Shown here in pieces: positions 1-11,849 of a stretch of 64,000 bases of DNA. The notes below the pieces were generated by a model. It had not been told where the DNA came from. It was given only the letters and a program-made list of their open reading frames with translations, and ran no database searches. This stretch comes from Ostrea edulis (taxonomy: Eukaryota): assembly GCF_947568905.1 (NCBI RefSeq), contig NC_079168.1, forward strand, positions 12,276,001-12,340,000, in the 5' to 3' direction. The position numbers were made by a program, and so were the translations under genes. Each line of letters begins with the position of its first letter. The first letter of the stretch is position 1.

Positions 1-3000
1 AGTTTCAGTGGCACAGAGGCCAGTGGAATACTGCTGGTCCCTTTCACGGTTGCTAGGGACTGCAGAAATTCCACGGACAGCCAGTTTTCTTTGGAGGCTC
101 CCAGTGAACCAATGCTGGAAAACTGCCCAATGACTGGCCATTTTGATGCCTGCTCCTTGAGGGGACCATGGTCATGTAGAAGTTTTCTGAGCTTCATGTG
201 ACCAAAACAATGCTTCTTGTCTGCCATATGTCTGCCTGGCACTGAACCCACAATGAAAACGCTACAAGGTAAGAACTTGTTGAGATACCTTTCATTTAAA
301 AAGTGTACAAGTGCATACAATATCTGCTATTTACGATTCTAATTTTCGTAAAAACTTGTGGATGGAAAATACACTCTCCGGCTGAAATCTTACTTCGCAG
401 TGGACAAATCATGCCTGGCAATGTGGTCCTGCCAATCCTTTAACTGGTAGGCTTTGTAAGCTGTTACGTACTGTAGAAGATCCCTCTTGAAATGAGTAGG
501 GGAGTCACCCTGTGTTAGAGATGGGCCAGATTTCAGCTTTGGAAAGACTGGGCTTATCCAAATCCTGCAAAAGTTTTCATGCTTTCTCATTCTAGTGAAC
601 ACAGCATCTTACCTGTCTAACTATGGACATATATATATACATACTGTTCTATACATAGAAGTCTTACCTGTCTAACCAGGGATGTATGTATATATATATA
701 CTATATACAGAAGTACCCAGTGTAACATAACTTTTTATTGCTGTCCGTGTCTGCTTACCTACCCTTGAGTTTTCTGATGCCAGTCCCTCTCTATCAGGTT
801 TGCTGTATGAATCACAACTCTAAGTCCATTGTCATACAACAGAAACATCATTTTCCTGTCAACAAGAAAAACTGTTTACTCTACAGAGTAAGTAATGCCC
901 TTACATTATTCAAATCAAAGCAAATTGGGGATTTTTCCCCCTCCGATTTTCATTACAATCTGCAAGCTGTTTTATCTTTTAATTCCATTTTTATGGTTTA
1001 ATTCATAAAAATTCAATACTTTTGAAATAACACTATAAAAAAAACACCCCAAAACAGATAAAATGTATCAAGACACTTGCGTGTGATGTGTTCCATATGG
1101 CATTTCCAATCTTGCCTACAATAAAACCGAATAAAATCTTATCCGAGAAGTATATCATAAATGTATTTGTTACTCATTTACTAAAAGAGTAAAAACAAAA
1201 CAAAATGTGTAAGAAAACAGTTCATTGGCATTTAATATGATTTCATGCTTAAATGGATCTACTATTTAAAGTATAAATTTCTATTTTAAAGAAGAGTTTG
1301 CAATGTTAAGCTGTCCATGAATATATGCACTACTGAATTTGAAGTTTTTGGCAAAGCCATAAAATTTGATACCCATTAATTTTTTTTTTTAAATATCTTT
1401 TGTATATCAAATTTAGAATATTTTAAGCATTTTCTTTTATTTAAGCAAGGAATGAAATGAGTCAATTAGAAATTTCAAAATGTGCAAGATTTAATCAAAA
1501 CGTTAAATTTAATTTATACACATTTCATTTTCTATAATATACAATAGTTTTCTACAACATCTATCTGACAATGTTTCTTATAACACTTTCCTGACAGAGC
1601 CTGGTGTTGATAAATTTCCCTGTTTTCCTATCACACATACCTGACAGAGCTTGGTGTTGTTAAATTTCCCTGTTTTCCTGTAACACCTACCTGACAGAGC
1701 TTGGTGTTGATAAATTTCCCTGTTTTCCTGTAACACCTACCTGAGAGAGCTTGATGTTGATAAATTTCCCTGTTTTCCTATAACACCTACCTGACAGAAA
1801 TTGGTGTTTATAAATTTCCCTATTTTCCTATAACACTTATTAAATTTCCCTGTTTTCCTTTAACATCTGCCCGACAGAACTTGGTGTTGGTAAATTTCTG
1901 TTTTCCTATAACACTTTACCTGACAGAACTTGGTGTTGATAAATTTCCCTGATTTCCTATAACACCTGCCTGACAGAACTTGCATTGATAAATTTCTGTT
2001 TTCCAATCACATCTACCGACAGAACTTGATGTTGATAAATTCCCTGTTTTCCTATAACACTTACCTGACAGAACTTGATATTGATAATTTTCCCTCATTT
2101 CCCATAACACTTACAAATTTCCCTGTTTTCCAATCACACCTACCTGACAGAACTTGATGTTGGTAAATTTCCGTTTTCCTATAACACTTACCTGACAGAA
2201 CTTGATGTTGGTAAATTTCTGTTTTCCTATAACACTTTACCTGACAGAACTTGGTGTTGATAAATTTCCCTGATTTACTATAACACCTGCCTGACAGAAC
2301 TTGCATTGATAAATTTCTGTTTTCCAATCACATCTACCGACAGAACTTGATGTTGATAAATTTCCCTGTTTTCCTATAACACTTACCTGACAGAACTTGA
2401 TGTTGATAATTTTCCCTCATTTCCTATAACACTTACAAATTTCCCTGTTTTCCAATCACACCTACCTGACAGAACTTGATGTTGGTAAATTTCCATTTTC
2501 CTATAACACTTACCTGACAGACCTTGATGTTGGTAAATTTCCCTGTTTTCCTATCACACCTACCTGACAGAACTTGATGTTGATAAATTTCCCTGTTTTC
2601 CTATAACACTTACCTGACAGAACTTGATGTTGATAAATTTCCCTGATTTCCTATAACACCTGCCTGACAGAACTTGTATTGATAAATTTCTGTTTTCCTA
2701 TCACATCTACCGACAGAACTTGATGTTGATAAATTTCCCTGTTTTCCTATCACACTTACCTGACAGAACTTGATGTTGGTGAATTTCCTAGCATCGGCCT
2801 CTAACCCTGCTTTCTGTCCTCCCTGAAATCCATGAACACAAAGCAGAGGCTTCTGTCTGAAACACATACACTAACCGTGATTTATTTACTAGTCAGAACA
2901 TGTTACTTTTACTGTTCTTGTATGTCTTATATCAAAGGACCTGCTTTTCTGCACGTCTTAGAAGACATAAATATATCATATACTTTTTGAATGTGGGTGT

Positions 3001-4942
3001 ATTTCATGTATGTGTCAGTAGTATTTAATGATAGATCTCTTACTTAAATGATGCTGGGTATTGCTGCATTAGCCATGGAATTTCAAACATATAGTTGAAC
3101 TGCCAATACAAAAAGACAATCAAGAAAACAAGTATATAGATAAGAAGTAATATTGTACAGGTTGTAAAATAAAAGTTTTTATTTCATGAAATGAACTCCT
3201 ATCTTATAACATTGATCAAATAAGCAAGTTGTTGGGATGCAAATTAAACGTTAAATGCACTAGCACAGTCAATGTGTGATAAATAAGATTCTAGAATACA
3301 CAAATTATACTTTTTGGTAAAATACTGACCAAAATCCAACATGAGGAAAACATGATTTAAGATATTACAGATTCCTATGACATTTACTTTAGACAAGGGG
3401 TGTAACTCTCTCACCAATCCTGCTGAATTTACCTATATTTGGTTTCCTTTGAACAAAAACTGAGGACATGCAATGGAATCAATTATTTTCACAGGTACAA
3501 TGAGACATTTTCTTGATACTTAAAAGTAAGGAACTTTTTTGCACATCCTATTCAATATCTAAGCATTATTTGCAAGTAAATTTGTGCAAATGTTAGCCAT
3601 GATTGACAGAATTACTTCCCCTATCTTTACTAATTCTCACAGAAATTCATCAATTCCTATTGCAATCAAAGAGAGTCATTTTTCATGGTGATTTGTGACA
3701 TACTTTGTGAGAAAATTACACAAGAATGTTTTCTTTTGCAATTTGACTGAGGTCAGTGCTAAACCTTTGCTATTGGTAGATTGAATGGCCTATACAATAC
3801 ACAAGAATCGTTGAAATAACATTACCTGACAAGACTCTTGCAAATTGCCCATGCTTTCTGATAAAATGTCTGGAAAATAATTTTGTTTTTTAAAACGTTT
3901 TTCAATTCAGTAAAGTGGAATGTATTTGTGTATGAGGAAAATCATCAATTTAGATTTTATCACATTCAACATCAGATATATATATATACCTTTGAGACTC
4001 ATTGTAAAAGCACCATTGTATTCACTAGAGATTCCATTAACCTTTGTAAGAAAGAAGCTCATTGGTTGAGCATGATCAAAGACAGCCACTGGTTCCTTTG
4101 AGGTAAGTGCCATGGTTCCTGTCTTCTGTCTTTTCATTGGAGGAGACACTGGTCCCTGTCTGGTTTTGCTTCCACTCGCAGCACCATCATCATCAGCTGG
4201 TGCTAATAATAATTATATTAATCAGTTTACTTGCGACTCTTCTAATGAACATAAAGTAAAAATTTTTAAAGATGCTTCATGATTAACATGTACAAAATGG
4301 ATAAACTGAGGACAATTGCTATCAAATCTCTGAAAATTAATAAATGTACATGAATTTTTAGCTTTAATAATATAAAACTTTCCAAATTACAGAAAACTTA
4401 CATGGATGTGAGAATTCCTTGAAATGAGCAGGGTTTTTCCTGTAACAGTTTGAGCCATATTGACAAGGAGGTATGGACTGACAAGCACTTTGTACTAAAC
4501 CTCTGCTAGAACTGTCACTTGAAGAATGTTTTCTTTTTAAAGATGGACAATCTTTTACTCTCGTCTCTGGAACACTTTTACTTGCTCCTGATTTCCCACC
4601 CCTGGCTGAATTGTTCTGATCACTGGTTTTTTTAAATTCTGAAGAATTTTTATCCTTTTGTGAAGTTGAAATAGGTGAATATGCCATAACATGTTTGTTT
4701 ACCTTCTTAAGTAACTTTGGAGAAGTCCTTCCACTGAGAAAATCTTGTGTATTTTGTCGACGAATTGTTGCAGGCTGTTTCATCACAGACTTTGGCTCCT
4801 CGTCCTCAGAATCTGAAAGTTGGTGATTTGTAGACTGTCGTTTTGGAAATGTCGGTTTTGTAGGAGAAGGATTACAGAAAAGTGGTGAATCCCAGTCACT
4901 TGGATCTGGTTCAATGGTGGCATCCGAATCGGTGTCTGACAT
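1..4942 (-). CDS. TDP1: Tyrosyl-DNA phosphodiesterase 1, 5' part (9 coding exons in window, 3' end beyond left edge)
   Basis: Exons 4942-4402, 4202-3990, 3869-3826, 3099-3044, 2856-2760, 1115-1081, 855-763, 564-394 and 261-<1 join in phase. They read ...[10 protein letters not shown]...[25 protein letters not shown]...[48 protein letters not shown]...[11 protein letters not shown]...[14 protein letters not shown], the TDP1 pattern with the first HxK catalytic motif. ATG 4942 is preceded by an in-frame TGA. Confidence 0.95.
1580..2789 (-). repeat. ~47-50 bp minisatellite (~24 units) built from the TDP1 exon 3' end plus donor site
   Basis: Unit on - strand GAAATTTATCAACATCAAGTTCTGTCAG|GTAAGTGTTATAGGAAAACAG. 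The outermost copy is the real exon end (KFTNIKFCQ|gtaagt at 2760/2759). Confidence 0.95.
4406..4465 (-). other. PBZ (poly(ADP-ribose)-binding zinc finger) motif in TDP1 N-terminus
   Basis: [20 protein letters not shown] fits the PBZ consensus C-x-Y/F-G-x-x-C-Y-R-K-N-x-x-H-x-x-x-F-x-H. Confidence 0.85.
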
Positions 4943-5047
4943 TTTCCCTTTTCTTCACTTTGTGTTCCTCTTTAGCAATTAAAACAATAAGTAATTCAGC
5001 TTAAATCTATAAATGCACCAAAACACATCTAGAGGTACACAATCTTG

Positions 5048-5128
5048 CATCTTCACAAGCCAAGTGTCCGAATTGCTTACCCTCATCTCATGAGAGTAAG
5101 TGAATCTGACATTTGGCTTGTGAAGATG
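5048..5128. mobile_element. 81-bp hairpin mini-MITE, MULE-like (9-bp TSD)
   Basis: TIRs CATCTTCACAAGCCAA...TTGGCTTGTGAAGATG, flanked by an exact direct repeat ACAATCTTG at 5039-5047 and 5129-5137. Confidence 0.8.
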
Positions 5129-5173
5129 ACAATCTTGTTTCACATACTAAAATACAAAAAAAATTATCACCTG

Positions 5174-5278
5174 CATCTTCACTAGCCAAGGGTTTTCAGT
5201 CCACTCTGCTCCCCACAAATGTAATGAAAATAAAAATGGGGAGCAAAATGGCACGAAAACCCTTGGTTAGAGAAGATG
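5174..5278. mobile_element. 105-bp hairpin mini-MITE of the CATCTTC-TIR family
   Basis: CATCTTCACTAGCCAAGGGTTTTC...GAAAACCCTTGGTTAGAGAAGATG; the TIR matches the 47120-47628 element. The TSD is not clean. Confidence 0.7.
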
Positions 5279-6473
5279 CATCTGCAGCAAATTACAAAAC
5301 AAATGACCTCTTCCCCAAAATATGCGACAGGTTGACACTGCTTTTTTATAGGATGAACTCTGAGGTACACACTATGGTCCATCATACTCCTCCCATTCAT
5401 TTCAAACCACTTTATCATTTGTATACTGAGGCCTTCAACAAACTAGTCCAAAATATTTTTTAATTTCTCAGATTTATGAAAATATATCTTACACCATCTG
5501 GAGAAAATCAATGTATTGAAACTAAAGCAATTATTGCATCACAAAAGACACAACCGTAGGCACATGTTTCTGAAGCATAATCCACTTTATCAACTTTAGA
5601 TTTCTTAATCTTTGCTATTTTTCACCTCTAAAGACACCAGGATAAAAAAGGTTTGACTACAATTTTGATATATGATAATTTTCAGACAAAATCATGCACA
5701 ACACATACGCAAGATTCATGTCACTCTCGACTTTGCCTCTGAAAATTCATACTTTTGACCCTTCGCATTCAGAAGTTGTTTGTATGTGTAAAACCTGATA
5801 AAATCACAGGAATAACCCTTACATAAGCTTGATACTACAACTGTACATACAATTATGTGTATCTCAATACAGACCTGTAGACCTAAATGTTTCACTACTC
5901 TTTTATTCGTTACTTGTTAAAGGGATTGATTCACGATTCCCCCCACCCCCACACATCTTGTTTTTCCCTGTTAAATGATTAAAATCTACTGTCTAATGCG
6001 TTGAAAAGGTTTCACCAAAAAATTAAGGCTATATTTTATCACAGAAGCTCATTTTAGAGAGTTTGTTGCTTGTTTTGTAAACAAAGATTGCAATTTGTTA
6101 TTGTTTATGAAGTTTTCAAAAGAAATGGATATTGATCTAGTTTTATTATATCTATCACATTTCATTAAGTATTCTTTAGGTAAAATGTGTCATCCAAAAC
6201 TTCAATTTGTGACTGTGCAAAATTAAGATCCTTTAAATTACAGAATTAAACATTTCACTGGTAGGCTGTCAACATTAAATGAGTTAGATTTTTAATGTTT
6301 AACATCAAAAATGAAAAATATTCAAAAAACGCAAAAAGTTGGTGTCGTTGACAACCCTGCACTGCAGGTTGTCCTGTCAGGGGCGAAAAAAACCTGTGTT
6401 GTGTCTTCGACAGAGAAGAAAAATCAAAGGAGAGAAGAATGTAGTAGTTAGGGTTATATGAACTGTAGATATT

Positions 6474-6556
6474 GGCCTGGATAGCTCAGTATTTAGAGCA
6501 CCAGACTAGTAATGCAGGGTTCCCGGGTAACTGGGGTTCGATATCCAATTCAGCCA
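6474..6556 (+). mobile_element. Degenerate tRNA-like SINE head
   Basis: A-box-like TAGCTCAGTATTTAGAGC and B-box-like GGTTCGATATCC, but the stems do not pair as a functional tRNA. Confidence 0.5.
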
Positions 6557-6617
6557 TGGATTTTCTCCTCTCCTATAGTACTAAAAGTTTATTACTTATT
6601 TGTATGTAGCCACTACT

Positions 6618-6999
6618 TAGTGGTGTTGAAAAATCGGGAAAATTTCATAATCGATAATAATCGGAAGAACTGTTTTGACCAATGATCGATATAATCGGTA
6701 TTTACATGTAGTTAACAATGTCTATTATTTTTGGGGTTATTTCTATTTAGTTTTATGGATATATGCAGCATACACACTAGCTGGTGTCACTGAATTCCCA
6801 CTTTTCAATGTGGAGTCCACTCTGACTTTCCCCCGCACATGTCTCGATATAAAAGTGGGATTAACAGTCAGATGAATCTTGGATTAGATATTAATTAGTG
6901 TACAGGCGATAATCTATTATGAAAATAGAATCGATAATCGGAATCGAAGAGCCAAAAATGATCGACAATTGATTGTCAGCGACAATCGTTTCATCACTA
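6618..6999. mobile_element. MITE with TAGTG...CACTA ends and internal AATCG(A) subterminal repeats (hAT-like, uncertain)
   Basis: Ends TAGTGGTGTTGAAAAATCG and CGACAATCGTTTCATCACTA; CTACT is repeated on both flanks. Confidence 0.45.
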
Positions 7000-7056
7000 C
7001 TACTTAGAATCCTGTGAAATAATGGCACTCTCTCTTTTAACAATTTAATCAATTAA

Positions 7057-7378
7057 GGAGGTACTCTACATCGTCACAATCGCTGACTTCCTTTTAAAAC
7101 ATGGATGAAAATATAAATATCAGCAATATTTGTGGATTCATTTAAAAAATTCTCGCCTAGCTGAGTAGCTTAGCATGTCGACTACTGAACTGTAGATCGC
7201 GTGTTCGAGTTCCAGTCCAGCAGGGGTTTTGAAGTTTTCTTATATTGTTTTCAACTAAAACTGCATTTTTTAACTAAATAAAGTAAATTTGAAAGTTTTC
7301 AATTTTAATATATTGTTGTAGATCTACATATCCTCCACTTTTCATCCATATCAAATTTCTCTGGTGTAGCATACATCC
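7057..7378. mobile_element. Kolobok-like MITE (TTAA TSD) containing a tRNA-like segment
   Basis: TTAA|GGAGGTACTCTACATC ... GGTGTAGCATACATCC|TTAA; internal tRNA-like stretch ~7155-7225 with GTTCGAGTTCC B-box. Confidence 0.65.
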
Positions 7379-9150
7379 TTAATGTAAGCAATTTTTAACA
7401 CGATTTTTAAAACGGGTACTGGGCATGACTCGAAAGATAATCATTGTAATTAAAACAGCACTTAGCACTATCCATAATTTGAAAAGAAAAGATCTTAAAT
7501 CTGTAATACCTAGAAGGCCTAGCAGCCGAGTAACTTTTCCAGCTAAATTGAAAATAAAACTAAAATTGGGTTTCACTATTGTCAGTAAGTAAGTCACGTA
7601 TAAGTTAGACATGATAATAATTTTAGACACATAATGAAAATAATTTTCTTTAAACTTAGATATTGTAAGACCATACAATGCATATAGAACTGATCTAAAA
7701 TGTAACATATAAAGTTACCAAATCTTCTACGTCCTAATTTAGTCTATCTTATTCTGTAATTAGTTAAACTCGCATTCAGTATTTTCGTACGAATCGTATA
7801 AATCTCATTTTACGAAATTTTCAATGAAACATTTTAATTAAAAGTTATTATTGAAATAGAGAAATACAAACAATCTACATATCTATTTTTTGATCAACCG
7901 CCTGAAAACCTCACATGAATACGAAAATACGGCGAATGGAATCCCATGTAAACATTTTTTACCAGCTCGCAGAGAAAATATGCTGAAACACTCTTCCTGA
8001 GGATTTTTATTGAGGTTTGTGTAGTGTTTCTTTTCGAAATCTATTCTTTTAAGTATAAACTTTAATCGTATACGAAGAAAGTTATTTATTTTGGAACCAA
8101 ATTATCGGATATTGCAAATTCTTTTAAGAAGATGTATTTTCAAACATGTCTGGACAGCACACAACCATTCATATTCTGTTTTGCTTAGTTGATATTTCAA
8201 ATTATATAAAACTAAAACAAAAATATCTTGGTAGTGTATGACATATTCTATTCCATGTATACTTTTCTTTTTGTGATCCATTTATATTTGACCATATCCG
8301 TATACACATGATATTGACTTAGACATAAGAGAATTTCCACTATATATTTTTTACAAAACCATATAGTTTCAAACAATTTTCCTGAAGTACTTTCTTGATC
8401 AATTTTGATGAAATAAAAAGCACTGATCTCAGAAGTATTTACAGTTCTCATCTAAAAATTTCAGAATGATTATATCTTAATCTATTGTAAAGATATATAT
8501 GACAATTCAATTTGAGAGTACTTAATCTTTATATAAGTATGTGTATTTTTGAAATAAAAAAAATCAACATTATGAATAAAATGTTATCTCTCTGCAGTAT
8601 TTCATCATAACATTTTTTCCCTTATATTACGACAGAACTTTACTTTTAATATTGCTAAACAAAATGGTGTTTATTTCATCCAAATAGAGGGAAAATTGGC
8701 TCAAAGGGAAGATTTTGAAAATATATGGTTTTATATGAAATATATAGTTTTGTATGAAATATGAAGTGGAAATTTCTTTTGGAACATTATTTCATACTTA
8801 TCATGCTTATGGCCAAGTACTGTATGATGCTGAAATTAGAATTAATAAGTTCATTATTCATCAAGGTTTGACAATTGTCTACTTTGCCCTCTTTCAATTT
8901 ACAGCGATTGTAATACATAATATTTGTTTGCTTCGTTATTTTCCTCAGCATCCATATTCTTCTCCACAGATCCGCAAATTGATTTTAGCTGTTTGAATAA
9001 AATTTAGAAAGAGATAGAAATGAATGTATTATTAAAAATAGAAAAAAATATTCAATTGTTTGTATAGTATATTCTCCCATAAAAGCTGCTTTTGAGATAC
9101 AACGCAGACTTTACACTTTCCACTTGTCATTTTCTGTTTGGATGTTGTAG

Positions 9151-10430
9151 ATGGCAGAGGTTCATATTGTTGGACAAATTGTGGGAGCCTCAGGGTTTCC
9201 TGACCACAACCTCTTCTGTAAATGGGGAGTCAACACAGGTAATACACTACACAGGTTCTATAGGTGTGTGAAAAAAAAATTCTTAAAATTAAAAAAGAAT
9301 TAACAATTTTTTCCTTTGTTGCATTTTTATGGCCCCAGAATTGAAGATTTGGGGGCATATAGTTTTTGGTCTGTCTGTCTGTGGCAAAAAACTTTAACCT
9401 TGGTAATATCTTTTATGCCATAAGAGGCAGAGCTTTCATATTTGGTATGTGTATTTCTTGTGACAAGACCTTTCTATTGACACCAAAATCTTCGACTTTG
9501 TGACCTTAACATTGACCTTTGACCTGGTTCTACTTTGTTGTAATCCAGGGACGTCAGTGTTTCACAAACACATCTTGTGTGAAATATTAGATAATACGTT
9601 AATTTTTTTCTTTTTCTTTGAACACCTACACACTTTCCCACATTTCCTCCTCAAATTAAACTACAGTAAGTTTGAAATGTTTTTTAAGAAATGTATGATT
9701 TTCATGTTCAAATTCTGTTTGTGTAGGAGGTGCTTGGAAGGCTCTAGCAGGGCTTAGAGAAGGACAGACACAGGTGGACAACCCACAGCAACATGACGCA
9801 GCCTACTGGGCCCACCCTATAGACATCCACTACGCTACCAAGGGCTTGCAAGGTCGGAAAGAAATTTTTTTGTTCTCTTGTCAGTGATATGCATTGACTT
9901 ACTTGTACAATATGTGTATTGTGTTCAATATGTTGGTGCATCATGTTCAATATGTAGAGCAAATGATGGGGAATAAATTCAGATCCCTGTGGCAATGCAT
10001 GCCTAGGATTCTTAACTTTAAGAAAAATTCAGTATTGGCAGTATTGAAGGGCATATATATGAAAATTAAGTGTTCTTGATATGTACATAAAAATTTTGGA
10101 TATTATAAACTTACAGGTTGGCCAAAGATTCATTTTCAAGTCTGGCATCAAGATTCTTTTGGAAGAAATGAACTTTATGGCTATGGCTTTTGCCATGTAC
10201 CAACTACTCCAGGCATGCACGAGATTGAGTGCCCAACTTGGAGACCCTCGGGGAGTTTCAGAGAACAAGTGTCACAGTATTTTCTGGGAGGAGGACCACA
10301 GTTGAAAAATCCAGACTTGATTTATAGTGGTGCAGATCGCTACAGACTTCATACCATTGCAATGGGAAATATACATTTAAGACTTGGAGTTATACTCAGG
10401 AACTTTGACAAATATGGAATTGAATGTTAA
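9151..10430 (+). CDS. B9D2: B9 domain-containing protein 2 (ciliary transition zone)
   Basis: Exons 9151-9238, 9727-9852 and 10117-10430 give [16 protein letters not shown]...[17 protein letters not shown]...[23 protein letters not shown]...GGGPQL...ADRYRLHT...[10 protein letters not shown], near end-to-end match to B9D2. ATG directly follows an AG acceptor, implying an upstream non-coding exon. Confidence 0.97.
9327..9560. mobile_element. Helentron-associated non-autonomous element (HINE) fragment
   Basis: TTTTATGGCCCC start, GTCTGTCTGT microsatellite and TGACCTT motifs typical of bivalve HINEs. Confidence 0.6.
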
Positions 10431-11849
10431 TTGACATCTTTAAATCAGCTCCATTCCACTTTTTTAAAAGTAAAAATCTATTAAATTGTTAGGTAGGAGA
10501 TTACTTTGGGAATGCCATGTAATATTTTGGTGACATTAGTTTTTTATATATAGATTCATGAATGAAACATACTATTTTTAATATTCACCATCTGGATTCC
10601 CATATTTGCAAAATTGTGTTTTCAAGGGAAACAACTCTGATCTTGTGACAAACTTTATACACTATTTATGTAAAATTTTCCATATGCTTTATGTTGTTTG
10701 ACATGAATTATCATGTAGCAGTTTGTAAATATGTAGGAACAATACAGTTTAGGCTAATAAATTATTTAACTATAAGTGGCCTCAATAAATGTGTCAGTTC
10801 TGTAGTTATTCCTCCTGTCCAATTATAAAAAAAGAATTATGAGGATAATGCTATTGGAGTACAATGTCTGTATTCTGCACAATAGTGGTCATTACTGCAA
10901 TAGCGGTTGCAACTGTAATGATGGGTGTCGATATTCATCCTACCTCCTTTGGTGGATTGTAAAGTTTGAAACAGACATGTAAAACTTCTACCAGTAGATT
11001 GATGAACTAGTATTAAAATAGTTGTAGTAGTGGTAATAAATGAAAAATCGTATTGAAGTTCTCATCACCAGACAGATACAAAGCAATATGCCCCTCTTCT
11101 ATGAAAACGGGCTATTGGTGGATTGATCATCAATGAAGTGCAAATGATATGCCCATGGAGATCATACAAACTAAATTTGATAAGAGTGAGGAAGCCAATA
11201 CCAAATTGTGAAATTCAAGACCACTGGGTGAGGGGTTGTAGGAATGCATTGTTGAGTATGATTCCATAAGAAGTTAAGCTGAGAAAGGTTTCCATATCTA
11301 AGACCAGCATATGTAGCTATTCCTTCACACGATGGACAGTTCCTGCATCAAGAAATGTTTCAGAAACATGTATGCCCCCAGTGGTGCAGAATTGAAAAGG
11401 ATTATACATGTGAATCATTTAAGGTATCCGACCCATAAAACCCCCATTTCCCCCCCCCAATAATTGTTATTTAATACAAAACTTGGTATCAAATGAAAGA
11501 TAATTAACATACACAGTGATTCACCAGAAGAATTTTCAAAATTGACAATACATATAAGAAATATCTGTTTTAGAGATTAACATTAATCCTTATGAGAAAA
11601 ACGCATTTCTGACATATAAAATCAATCAGAATATAATTTCCAAAGAAAGCTCATGGTGAAAAAATTCCTATTACCATGGTCTATCAAAATATGTGAAGAA
11701 AATCGCTAAAACGCATCAAAGATGCGCATGGCTGAGTTGCAGTTTGGAAAATTATGCACCCTTGCATTTTCACAAAGTAAAAACATGCACGTATTTAATA
11801 TAGTTTATATTAAGTATGAAGCTTTGAATGGCCGCTATAGGTATTTAGT

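Noticed and set aside
605-680. Twice-repeated GTTAGACAG|GTAAGA donor-like motif (- strand) in a short TDP1 intron
   Set aside because: It has no similarity to the adjacent exon end and no upstream acceptor defining an exon, so it is not counted as a junction array.
1916-2327. ORFs 1916-2110 and 2061-2327
   Set aside because: They are translations of the TDP1 junction minisatellite, not independent genes.
1580-2789. Regular repeats resembling a CRISPR array (also 21842-22510, 39838-40030)
   Set aside because: Eukaryotic intronic context, no unique spacers and no cas genes; the units are contiguous minisatellites.
5113-5463. 116-aa ORF on + strand
   Set aside because: It runs across two MITE hairpins and has no recognisable domain.
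6474-6556. Possible tRNA gene (also ~7155-7225 and 41587-41660)
   Set aside because: A and B boxes are present but cloverleaf stems are broken or continue into SINE body; these are treated as SINE-derived.
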